Under the pieces are notes generated by a model. It was given only the letters and a program-made list of their open reading frames with translations, was not told where the DNA came from and did no database searches. A DNA stretch of 64,000 nt from assembly GCA_964644305.1 (NCBI GenBank), contig CAZXVA010000002.1:4964-68963 (forward strand), read 5' to 3'. The stretch is from an uncultured Oscillospiraceae bacterium (GTDB taxonomy: Bacteria > Bacillota > Clostridia > Oscillospirales > Oscillospiraceae). Made by a program: the position numbers and the translations under genes. Of the stretch, positions 8,328 through 20,700 are shown piece after piece. Positions within the stretch are counted from its first letter, which is position 1, and every line of letters starts with the position of its first letter.

Positions 8328-8623
8328 GGTTTATACCCCCTTTCGCGTGATAACAAGCTCATCTGTCAAAGATATTATAACACATGCAAGCTAAATACGC
8401 CATACGATTTTAGCATATTTAATATTATGTTCTTTTATGCTTCGGCCTTTCTCTTTACCGGGCTGAGGCTCATCTTGATCAATGCATAGTAATCTATTCA
8501 CCGTCAAGATGTTCGCAATTGCTTGAAACTTATTATTGAAAAGCAAATGAAAGGACGCGCGGTTTACTATAAGCTGAATACAGACGCGTTGGAAAATGAA
8601 TAATGCAATGCTTATTGCAGGGC

Positions 8624-8659
8624 AAAAACCGCCGCACGGTTTTCGGTGCGGCGGTTTTT
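8624..8659 (-). terminator. Strong, potentially bidirectional intrinsic terminator after the giant gene
   Basis: AAAAA-CCGCCGCAC-ggttttcg-GTGCGGCGG-TTTTT, about 40 nt downstream of the stop at 8701. Confidence 0.85.
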
Positions 8660-8700
8660 GTGTTTGATTGGGTTTTGCTTGTGTTTTGCTTTGCTCCACT

Positions 8701-11700
8701 TTACACCCTTGCGGTTAGGGTGCGGGTGGGGTAGTCGGGATTGGCGGTTGCATTGGGGTCAGCCTTGGGTGCGTCGGTGATCTCGACGGAGGCGGGGGTG
8801 TTGGCTGAGTCTGCTGCTTCGGCGGGGGTGGCGGTGGTTTTTATGGGGTTGGCGTCGGAGTCAACGAGGATTTGACGGCCGTCGGGGGTTGTGGCGACTT
8901 CATAGACGCCGTCGAGGAGGGTGTAGGCATAGAGGGCATCGGTATAGAAGCTGACGTAACCATTCTCGACGGTGAGGTGCATGACGCGGAGCTTGCCGCC
9001 GACGCAATAGGCCAGGGTGATGACCTTGCCCTCGTACTTGGCGTCAACGGGGATTTCGACGAGGAGCTGACCCCACCACTTGCCCGTGAGCTCAAGCTTA
9101 TACTGCGCGATGAGCAAGTCGGGGTGGACGGCGGCGAGATAGCCGCAGACGGGGCAATCGGCGTGGAGCATTTCACGGGTGACCTTGAGCACGGCGTCGG
9201 CGCTGATGAAGCCGGTGACGCGGATTCCGGCGGGAATGGCGACGACGGTGGCAGGCTCGGCAAAGAAGCTGTTGAGGAGGAAGTTGTGCCCGAACCCGGT
9301 GGCGATGACGAGCTTGCCGGGGACATGGACATTAAAGGGATTATCCTCTGTGCCTATCGCGCCGGCGGCGCTGATGTCAAGGTTGTCGGCGGAAACGGCG
9401 GGGTGAGAGCCGGTATCGGCGATGTTGCCGCCGGAGGAAATGGTGACGTCTTTGCCGGTGATGGTGTCGACGGTCATGTCGCCGTCGCTCTTGATAGTTA
9501 TGTTCTCACCCGTGGCGGAAATCGTGCCTGCCTCGATGTCAAGCGGGTCGTCGGACGCGCCGATGTTGCCGGTGGCATTGATGTCGACATTGCCGCCGAT
9601 GATGTCGTCCGTGGTGGGGTCGCCGTCGCCGGTGAGGTCGCCGTCGGCAGTGATGCCGACTTCGTCCGCGGCGGTGACGCCGTCGAGCGCGAGAGATTTG
9701 TCATTATCGAGCCAGACGTTCACGCCGGAGGCCGAAACGGTGTCGACGCTGATTTTCAGCGGGTTGTCGGCAGATGCGCCGACGTTGGAAAGGCTGTTGA
9801 TACCGGCGGTGGGTGCGACGATGATGCGGTCAACGGAGTTTGCGCCGGTGATGTAGCCCTTGGCGGAGATATCAACGCGGTTGTTTGCGCGGATGGGGTT
9901 GAGCACGAGGTCGCCGCCCGCTTCGAGGAAGACACTATCGAGCGCCGTGCCCACGCCGCCGGAGACGGTGAGCTTGCCGCCGGGGGTGACGCCGAGGGCG
10001 TTGTCGCGCGTGCCGACGTTGGCTTTGCCGTCGGCGCGGTTGAGCTGAAGGGTGATGTCGCCGTCGGAAGTGATGCCGGAGGGCGCGGCGGCGGAGGCGA
10101 GGGCGTCTGCCTCGGCTCTGCGGGCGGCCGCGTCGGCCTTGGCGGCGTTCAGGCCGGGTTCGAGCTTGGCAAGCTCGGCGGCCTTGGCGGCCTTTTCGGC
10201 GGCGAGGGCGTCAAGCGCCGAGGCCGCGTCGGAGGCGGAGTCGAGACCGGGAACTTTGTTGAAGGTGTCATAGCGCGCGGAGGCGAGCGCGGAGGCGAGG
10301 TCACTTTGCGCGCTGTTCAGGGCTTGCCGCTTGTCGGCGATGTCGCGGCGGGCGGCGTCGAGCGCGGCCTCGGCGGCGGCGACTTCGGCGCGCTTTTGCG
10401 CGAGGTCGCCGGGGGCGGCGGCGCTGTTTTCAAGCGCGGCAAACTCGGCGCGGCGGGCGGCAAGGCCGCTTGCGGCGTCGGCCTCGGCGGCCTTGGCCGC
10501 GTTGAGGTCGGCCTCGGCCTGAACCTTGGCGGACTCGGAGCTTGCAATGTCGTCACGCGCCTTGTCGAGGGCGGCGACATAGTTTTCAAGGACGTTGAAT
10601 TGGTCTTGCAGGGCGTCGGCCTTGGCCTGAGCCTTGGCGGCCTCCTGCGCGGCCTCGACGGCCTTGCGGAGCATGTCGTCCTGCGCCTTGGCGGACTCGG
10701 CGATGTCGCCGTTGACGGTTTCGAGGGTGACAGCGCTGTTGCTGCCGGTGGCGGATATCGCGCCGACGGTCATGTTGTCGGAAACTTCGACGATGTTGAC
10801 CGTGCCGTTGACGGCGGAGGCGTTGAGGACGCCGCCGGGGTTCGTGTCGACGCGGAGAGGCCGGGCGGCTGTGCCGATGCTGCCGTTTGCGGCGGAGAGG
10901 GTGAGATTGTCACCCTTCACCTGCGCGTCGCGGCCAAGGCGGTCGCAGAGGGTGAAGCCGCCGGCGGCGCTGACGGTGACATCGCCGGAGGCGCTGACCG
11001 CGCCGAGGCGGAGATCGCCGCCGTTATACTTATCCGTGTTGGCAATGGTGAGATTGCCGTTGCCATCGACATTGAGCGCGCCGGTTTGCGTGTCGGCGAT
11101 GAGGGTGAGGTCGCCGCGCGCGACAAGGTTGGTGTCGAGGGCGCTGTCGGTGGTGAGGGCGTCTTCAATTTCCACGTCGATGCGCTTGTCGGCGCTCGCG
11201 CCGATTGCGCCGGTTTTCGCCGTGATTATGGCGGATTTTGTCTTGATGTTGGGGTTGGCATTCCCCTGCTCGCGCCCATCGAGGACGTTGCGCCCTGCGG
11301 TGAGGGCGGCGCTGTTGGCGGCGGCGAGGTTTGCGAGGATGATGTCACCGTCCGCTGTGAGCGCGGCGTCATTGCCGACTTCAAGCGCGGTCGCGGTGAG
11401 GTCACCGCCGGAGGTGAGGGTGGCGTCATTGTCGGCTTTGAGCTTGGTGACGTCCATCTTGCCGCCGGAGGTGAGGGTGGCGTCGTGGGCGGCGCTCAGA
11501 GTGGTGACGGTCATGTCGCCATCGGCCGTGAGGGTGGCGTCATTGCCGACTTGAAGCTCGGTGACGTCCATCTTGCCGCCGGAGGTGAGAGTTGCGTCAT
11601 TGCCGGCGGTCAGGTTGGTGACGGTCATGTCGCCGCTTGCCGTGAGGGTGATATCCTGCTTGGCGGAGACGGTTTGGACGGTCTGGCTGCCGTTCGGGGC

Positions 11701-14700
11701 GGCGAGGGTGACGCTGCCGTTTTCGGAGGCGGCGTTGGCGACGTTCTGGTCGCCGGTGAGCTCGGCGATGTTGATGTCATCCTTGGCGGTGACAGTCAGC
11801 TCAGTGCCGGAGGCAAGGTCGATATCGCGGACGGCAGTGAAGTCAAAGTCGAAGCTGAGCTTGATTTTGCCGTCGGCGTCGCGGGAAATGCTCCAGCTAC
11901 CGTTATTGGTTTTATTATACTCTGCGGGAGGAGTATTCTCATTATCTATGTTGGCGATGGTGCTGAGCTTCCATGTGCGCTGCTCGGTGAGGAGGCGGGT
12001 GGTCGCGCCGACGCCGCCGGCGGTGGCGGTGTAGGTATGCTTGCCGGCGTAGACGTTGGCCGCAGTGCCGTAAGCGCCGTTATTCTCGCCGACAAACTTG
12101 ACCTTGTAGGCATTGAGGACGTAGGCATCGGTTATATCAGCCTTGTCGGCAACGCCTTCGATCACGGGGGCGGTGATGGCGACGTCGCCATGGGTGGAGA
12201 CGAGCTCCCCGGCGGTGAAGGTGCCGGTTTCTTGCTCAACGGTGATGTCGCCGACGTTGAGGACGTAGGTTTCGCCGGTGGATTCGCCGATGTTGAGAAT
12301 CAGCGCACGCGGGGGTTTGGTTTCGTCCACGGGTGCGGGGTACCGGCCTTTGCTTTCGGTCCAGGCGAGGGCGAGAAGGTCTGCCTTCTGCTCATCGGAA
12401 AGGGACTTCCAATAGGCTGGGAAGAGCTCGGTCTCGTCGCTCATGATGACTTCGAGTTCATAGACGGGGGTGTTGGCCGCGCCGTCTGCGCCGGTCGGGG
12501 CAGTGGTGAGAGCGCCGTTTGCGTCGAGATAGAGTTTATCGCCGGTTTCGTCGGTCGCCTGAACGGGGGTATCGTCCGCGTCGGTTTTGACGCGGGTGGC
12601 CTCGATGGCGGCGGCGAGCAGCTCGGTGATGCCCGCGTCGCCCGCGGCGAGGGGCAGGATGGCGCTGACCTTGTCGCCGGTGAGGCGGGCGGTCGCATCA
12701 TCAAGCGAGGCGAGAATCGCGTCGGCAAGGGCGAGATAATGCGCTTGGCGCTTGGCGGCGTAAAGCCGGTCATAGCGCGAGGCAAGCTCGGCGGGCGTGA
12801 GGTCGGCGGTGTCAACACCGGCGGCGCTGAGCGCGGCCTTGATATCCTCGGCGTCGGTGAGCTTGGGCTCAAGCGCGGGGACGATTTGGTCGGCAGCGGT
12901 GGCGCTCCAAAGGACGGCGAACTCGGCGTCCGTCAGCTTTTCGAGCGTGGCGGCGGCGGAGGATTGGCTGATGCCGAGGGCGGACTTGACGTCAGCGCCG
13001 GTGAGCTTGCCGCCGATGAGGGCGAGAAGCTCATTATCATCGAGCTTGCCGGAGTTGACAAGCTGGGCGGCCAGCTCGGCGCCGGTCTGCTGAGGAACGG
13101 TGACCTTGATGGTCTTGTTTTCACCGGCAAGGCCGGATATCGCCTCGTCGTGCTCGGTGTTTGCCGGGTCGCCCTCAAGGTGGCCGATGGTCGGCAGGCC
13201 GTCAAGGGTGGTGGGGATATCCGTGAACTGGGTGATGAAGGAATTGTTGACCTTGGTGATGTTGAGGGTGAGGGACGGCTTATCGAGGCCGTCGGCGTAA
13301 CCTATCTTATAATAGAGGTCGGGCGCGCCGATGTCGCCGTCGATATTGAAGGTGCTGTTCTCATCGTCATAATCCTCGCCGAGGGTGTGTTTTGACTCGG
13401 CGTCGTGCATGAGGAGGTCGCCGCGCTTGGTGGTGATGTCGAGCTCGCCGTTGACGGTGAGATTGTCGACGGTGACGGGGCTGTTTTTGTCGGTGACGCT
13501 GTCGGCATTCTTGCCGCCCGCGTCGACGATGAGGTGGCCGCCTTGGCCGACGGTGACCTTGTTGAGGTCAATTGCGCCGACGCCGCTTGTGACGGTCATA
13601 TCGCCGTTGACGGCAACGGTGGTGCTCCCCTGCTGGGCGTTGTTGCCGAGGGAGATGTTGCCCGCGCCGGTGGTGAAGTTGAGCGTGCCGCCGGTGCTGA
13701 CGGTGATGTCATCAAGCGTGGCGTTGCCGGAATCTGTGCTGACGGTGAGGACGCCGTTGCCATTGACAGTGACGTCGGTGAGGTCGGCGTCGCCCTCGCC
13801 CTTGTTGGTGACATTGGCCGTGCCGGAGACGGCAAGCTTATCGAGGCTTATTGCGCCGTCGCCGTCGGAGGTGACATTGGCCGTGCCGGAGACGGCGGTG
13901 TCGGAGAGGGCGAGGTCGCCGGACTGCGTGGTGGCGGTGATGGTGCCGTCGGCGGTGACGGTGTTCATGGTGATGCTGCCGCCGTTTGCAATACTGAGTG
14001 CAAGCGAGGCGGAGGCGTCAACGGTGACATTGTCGAGCGTGGCGTCGCCCTTGTGCATGTCGAGCTTCAGCGAGCCGCCGGAGGCGAGCTGAGTGTCATG
14101 CAGGGTGATGTCGGCGTCGACGAGGGTCTTGGCGTAGGCCGTGCCGCCGTATGCGCCGTTATTGTTGCTGACGATTTTGATATTGGTCGTGTTTTTATCC
14201 TTGCTGAAGGGCTTGACGACGATGGGGTCTTCTTCCTCAAAGATGTCGCCGCTGTTCTCGGCGATGATGAGGAGATTGTCGGCAATGACGTTGGTCTTTT
14301 CGTCACTGACAATGTCGTCATTATCGTTGAGGCTGCTGCCGCTGAAGCGGATGGTGACGTCTTCGCCCTGAATGGTTTCCTCCATGTTGACGAAGGTGGG
14401 CGTGTCAAGCTCCTGAATTACACGCGCGGAATTTTGCTTGAGAATACCGGCAGTATTGTCGGAGGCGTACCACACGCCGTCGGGCAGGAGGATGATGGTG
14501 GTGGGGTCTGTGGTATCCGTGCCGTCCTTGCGCTCAATGACGTACATGACGACATCGCCATTAGAATCGGTGATGGCGCTGATGAATGCACCGGTGAAGA
14601 AGTCCTCCATGGCAGTGGTGGGATACGCAAAGCCCAGCTCGCCGAGTTTGGCGTCGTCGAGGGTTTCAGCATCGCCGCGAGTCAGCTTGACGAGGACGTT

Positions 14701-17700
14701 GCCGGCGGATTCGCCGAAGAAGTCACTCTTGAAGAGGTAGCTGACGGGGACGTCGGTATTCAGGGCAAGCAAGCTCGTCATGTCGAGGGTCTGCGGGAGC
14801 ATATACACGCCGGTGGCCGCGCGGTGGAGCAGCATTTTGGCGTTTGGCGTGAGGTGGAAGTGAGTGCTGTCAAACTCGGTGTAGATTCCCTCGGTGGTTG
14901 TGGTTACGGTGGTCGTCGTGCCGTCAGTCGCGATTGTGCCGAGCTTGGTGCTCTGCTCATAGACGCGGACTATGCCCTCCGGCGTGTAGGCGGCGACGAT
15001 GTTGCCGTCGGAATCGAGATAGAGGAGAGTGCCCTTGGGCATGCCGGTGGCGTCATCGTCACTGAGGACGACGCGGGTGAAGCGGTCGACAATGCCGTAA
15101 GCCCCGTCTTGGCCGATGGCAAAGGAGATGTTGATGTTCTCGGAATACGGCATGTAGGTGACTTCGATGCCGTCAGCGCCGGCGGGGGTGATGGTGACAG
15201 TGCCACGGGGGTAATAGTAATACGGGGTGAAGTTGCCGTGGGCGCTGAGGAGCGAGGCCATGGCGGCGCTGTCCTTTTCGAGTTGTTCATAGGAATACTT
15301 GGAGGTGAACAGAGTGCCGTTGGAGTCGACGTAGTAATAATACTTCGTGCCCTCAGTCGTGGTCTCGGACTTTTGCTCCGCGCCGGAGACGGCGTAAATC
15401 GGGAGGCTGGTGGTGTCGTAGACGTATTTGCCGTTTTCGGCTTTGACGGCTTTCAGACTCATTTCATACGAGTTGACGTTGTATTCACCGAGCTTTTCGT
15501 CGGCGGCAATGAGCTCTTTGAGGATTGACTGATAAGCTGCGTCCTTGCCGTCGCTGAAGAACTTCGTTATGGTGTCGCCATTGTCGGGGTCTTTGTACTC
15601 AAACTGCATGAGGGAGTACATATTGTCGCCGTTTTCGTCCTTTGCCTGGGTCATCTCCGGGCCGTACATGAGGGTGGCCTTGGAGATGTCGTCAATGACG
15701 TTGCCGCTTTCGTCGCGGGCATACTCGATGTTGATGAGGCGCAGCTCGCCGGAGGCGGTGAAAGCAACGGCCTTATTCTGAATGTAGTAAATGCCATTAA
15801 CGGCGTTGACTGCATCCACAAAGAGGAGGCCGCCGTCGGTCTTTTTATAACCGCCGTTGAGAGTGCTGCCGTTTACCTCGCCGCTGCTGCTTTGGGTAAA
15901 GGTGAAGTAGCCGATATTACCGCCATTATAGGTGAAGTAAAGGTCTTTAAGCTCATTGAAGCGGGCTTTGTAATAAGCGTTGGTTTTGCCGATATCTTTT
16001 ACCTTGTACGCTTTGAAGGTTTCGTCATACTCGGTGCTGAACTCGTAAATGCCGTATTTCACGGTCATTTTATTGTCGCTGATGGTCACTTTGCCGCTTC
16101 TCTTGAGATCGTCTTTCACCGTGAACTTCACGCCGAAGCCGCCGAGGGAGGCAGTGCCGGTGAGGTCGGTGGAATTAAGCTCGGAAGATGCCTCTGAGGT
16201 GTTCGTGAATAGTGCAGTTAGGCTCTTTGTTTTTGTTTCACTATCAGTCGCAGTGCCGGTGGATTTGAGCGTGAGAGAAATTGTAACCGAACTGCTGTTT
16301 GCCGCAATTGTATACTTGATGTCGGCTTTCCACTCATTGCTTATCGCGCCTTTGACAGCGGTATCAACAGCGTCTTTTATAGCCTCTAAATTATAGCACT
16401 TATCGTAGTCAACAGAACCAAGAGCCTCATCCACAGCGGTTTTGGCGTCATCAAAGGACTGTTTATCGTCATCTTTCAGATTCTTTGCTTCGCCGAGGTC
16501 ATATCCGGTTACCTTGTAGATATAGCCTTGCTTGAAAGTCTTCCCGTCGGGTTCAAGCTGAACAACATGGTAATCCGTGCGGTCGGTCGAAATCTCTTCG
16601 AGGAGATAGAGGTTATTAGCCACATCAAAGAGTTTGGGTTCAACTTCTATTGTGGTGTCGCCGGTATTGTCGATGAACGCGCCGGAGAGGTAGATGTGAG
16701 TGCCGTCGGGGAGCGTCCAAGAGGTGGCGTTGGAGTCGCGCTTGAGGTAGATTGTGCCGCCGGCCGCGCCGATGTTGATGGTGACGCTGCTGCCGGTGAA
16801 GTCAATCTCCTTGGAAAGCGTGTCGCCGTCCATGTAGGTGATTTTGCTTATTTCGCCGTTCGACGTCAGTTCAAAGCGGACGTCGCCGAAGTCATAGCTG
16901 ACGCCGTCTATGCCGCCGCTGACGCTTTGGAAGCGGAGAGTTCCGTCAGCGTCCTTGATGGCGCGGATGACGAGCTGGTTGGGCAGGAGGAAGTAGCTTG
17001 AGTCGGCGTCGGTATGGATGCAATAATCAGCGAGATTGAGGTAAGTGTCGCCGGAGGAGTTTTTGATTGTGCCGTCGGCGGAGATGACGTAATTGATGGT
17101 GTTGCCGTCATTGTCCGTGACCGAAATGGTCTTGTCGGAGGTGACGCCGTCAATCTCGGTGTAATTATCGGGCTTGCCGGGGGTGTGGACGTCTTTGTCG
17201 ACGATGGGGCGGTATTCCTCGACGACCTTGCCGGGGGAATCGAGCTTGACGTCGACCTCGCCGTTTTCGGAGACGATGTCACCGAGGTTGAGAGTGGGAT
17301 TGTTCGGCATGGTCTCGACGCCGTTTGCGTTCTTATTGCCGATGAGGACGTGCTTGAGATTAGCGTAAATATTGCCATCGGCCGCGAGGGAGACGAAGGT
17401 TTCGCGCTCGGCAATTGCGGGGAAGGGGGCGGGATAGACAACTTCGGCAAGCTCGGTGATGTTGGCGTTGAAGCGATTGCCCGCCGAGACGCCGATAGTG
17501 CCCGCGCCGGTGACGGTGAGGCGATTTGCCCAAATGGCCGTGCCCTGTGCGGTGGTGAGCGCGCCGCCGTTCATTTCGATGGTGACGATGCCCTCGGCCA
17601 CGTCTTGATCGACGGACGTGCCGTCTTTTTCGGCGTCAAAGATGACGTCGCCGCCGTTATCGGAGATGACTGTGAGGCGCGGGGTCTCGTGGTCATAGCC

Positions 17701-20700
17701 GTTGACCTTGATGCCGCCGATATCCAACGAGGGGCGGGGCTGGGGGTCATTGTTGGTGGTGATTTGGTTGATGTGCAGGGCTTTATCGGAGCGGTTGGTA
17801 ATCACGACGTTGGGGAGGAAGCTGTTGTCGAAAATGGTGATGCCGCCGCTGACGCTGACTTTGAGGGCGTCTTTATAATCCTTTTGGTTTTTGAGGGAAT
17901 TGGTGACGGTGCTGTCTCCGACGAAGGCGTCAACCGTGAGGAAGCCGCGATCGTAATTATAAAGCGGGTTGAGATAAATGCTGCTTGCGTCAATTGTGGC
18001 GACAGAGGCGTCGGTCTTGAATTCGTCGGAGAGGCCGGAGTAATAGAGCTTGCCGGTCTCGTCGATTTCGACGAACGAGCCTGCCGCGCCGCCGCCGAGG
18101 TGAACCTTGCCGCTGAGGGTGACTTTGCCGGTGGCGGCGAGGGTGGCGTTGGCATTGGCCTCTTCACTGCCGTCATCAGCCAAGCCGAAGGTGAAGATCT
18201 TGACGATCCACTTGGTGGCCGTTTTGGCCGAGGCGGTGGCGGCGCTTTCAACAAGCCGGTTGGAAAACACGTTCGGCGCGAGGGCGGTTATGTTGATTTT
18301 CTGCCCGGCGATGTGGGACTTATCGCTGAGATAGATTTCCGCGATGGCGGGGTGATTATCAATCGTATTGTTGATGTAAACATTGGATATCGCCGTGGCG
18401 CTGCCGGTTGCGCCCTGAACCGTGGCGGAGGCGGAGGAATTGTTGTCCATGGAGGAGGTGTGAATCTTGATGGTGAGGGAGTCAATGCCGCCGACAAAGG
18501 CGTTATCCACGCGGATGAACTGCTCGTTATCCATGGCGTAGATATTGGCATAAGCGTCGGTGGACGAACCGGCGGCGGTGGTGATGGAGGTGGCGTAGGC
18601 ATTGAGATTTTGGACGATGTCGGAGATAATCTCGGTGGTTTTGCCGTTGAGATACGCCTGATTGGCATCACCTGCGGTGGTGTCGCTTATCAGAATGTTG
18701 GAGGCAACCCAAGCGGTGACATTGGCTTGGCTGCGGTTGCTGCCGGCGAGGCCGCCCATGTTGCGGTAAGCGTCCGCGGTGGCGGCGGTGGCGTCGACGG
18801 TCTTGAGAGCGAGCGCGCCGAAGAGCGCAGTGACGGTTGCACCCTTGCCGACTTTGACGGTGATGGCGCTGTTGAGATTGATGTCGGCCTTGGGGCCCTT
18901 GCCGGAGACGATGACGCCGCCGCCGCCCATGTCGAGGTCAGCGCTGACGGTGGGCTTGGTGCTGTCGCCGCTGAGGAGGGAGAGATTGCCATAGCGCGAG
19001 ACGAGGCGGGCATTGTCGCCGATGCTAATCTCCTGAGTGCGCGTCCAATCGATGTCGATTTTGGCGGTGCTGCTTTCGGAGAGGCCGACGCTCGTGGTGT
19101 TGATTTTGCCGGTGAGTTTGGCGTTGTTGAGCGCGGTGAGCGTGACATCGCCGGTGGCCTCGATGTCGGCATTTGCGCCGAGATTGACCTTGGCGGAGGA
19201 TTTTTTGACGTTGATGGTGATGACGTTCTCGCCGGAGGTGACAGCGCCGATGGTGGTGCTGCTGAGGTCGGAGTTTGCGTTGACATTGCCGGTGGCGGTG
19301 GCGTTGAGATCGCCGTTGGCGAAGAGCGTGCCGTCGAGATAGACCTCGGCGTTGTGTCCGTTATTGCTGTCATCAACGATCATCTCGAAGCGGTAACGCC
19401 CGATGGTCAAGAAGCTGATACCCTTGATATTGCTTTTATCCGTTTTGGAGACGAGGGTGGTTGCGCTGTCGGCAATGATATCCGCATTGCTTAAGGAGCG
19501 CAGCTTTGCGCCGGAGGCAAGACCGGCCTTGGTGTTGCTGTCCAAAACATCAGCGAGGGCGTGGATTTCACTGACATTGACGCCGCTGACGGCCGTGTTG
19601 GGGACTTGGGGGGTAGAGGTGAGCTGAGTGCCAGTGGCCTCGGATTTGATGAGGATATAGTTTGTCACGATGTCAGCGCCCGCGCCGACGTAGGCCTGAG
19701 TGTCCAGCTTGGTGAGCCGGGCGTGAGTGTGCACCGCGCCGAGCGCCGCAACAGAGACGGCGGTATCGACAGCCTCCGCCTTGGCGGTGATATTTGTGCC
19801 GGTGGTCAGGGCCTGAACTGTCATGTTCCCGACCGATGTGAGCTTTGCGCCGGTGATATAGGCGTGGTTGGTGAGAGAGGCGTAAGCGTCGGCATACTGC
19901 TTGCTGTCATTTATAAGGCTGACATTAGTGCCGCCGTTGCTGCCGACCTCGGAGGTGGACTTGCCGTTTTCAAGCTTCGCCTCGACGGTCACTATGCCGG
20001 AGACGTCAATATCGGCGGTGGAGGTGATGTAGGCCTTTTGCGTGAGATTGAGCTGGGACTTGGCATAGTTGCGGCCGAGGGTGATGCCTTCAATTGTGAC
20101 TTTCTTGCCGTCGACGTCGGCATTGGCGGAGCTGCCGCTGCTCGTGACTGTGACAGTGATTGTCTTAGCTTTGACCGTGCCGCCGCTGCCGTTGATATAA
20201 GCGTCGGAGGTGGTGTCGGCGATGGCGTTGGCTTGGTTTTGGTTTGCGTTGACAAGGTTGATGCCTACGCCGCCGTCGGGCTGGGTGGATTTGGCGTCAG
20301 CGGTGGATTGATACTGCACCTTGACGCTGATATTGGCAACGTCGATGTTGGCGCCGGTGGTGTCGAGATAGGCGTCAAAGTCGCCGGTGGCGGTGGAGGT
20401 GGCCTCAACGAGACCGAGATTTGCGCCGTTGAGGGAGAATCTGCCGCTGTTGTACCCGGTTTTGGCGTAGCTGTTGCCCTTGGCGAGGATTTCAAGGTCG
20501 CCGGTCTGATTGTTATACGGGGAGAAGCTTGTGCCGGAGACGTGGGCATGGTTTTGGGCGGTCATGTTGGCCTTGACGGTGTTGACGGTGACTGTCGCGC
20601 CGGAGACGGCGTTGTAGGCCGCGCCGATTTCGGCCACTGCGCCTTGTTTATCGCCGTCGTTGAACCATGCGCAAACGCGCGTTTTCTTCGGGGCGGTGAC

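Noticed and set aside
8391-8699. 102-aa minus-strand ORF just downstream of the giant gene.
   Set aside because: It lies in AT-rich intergenic DNA, contains the giant-gene terminator hairpin, and has no RBS and an implausible composition.
7487-8700. Integrase or prophage end next to tRNA-fMet.
   Set aside because: No frame shows a tyrosine or serine recombinase-like ORF, and I saw no duplicate of the tRNA 3' end. Only a TA remnant and short non-coding AT-rich DNA are present.
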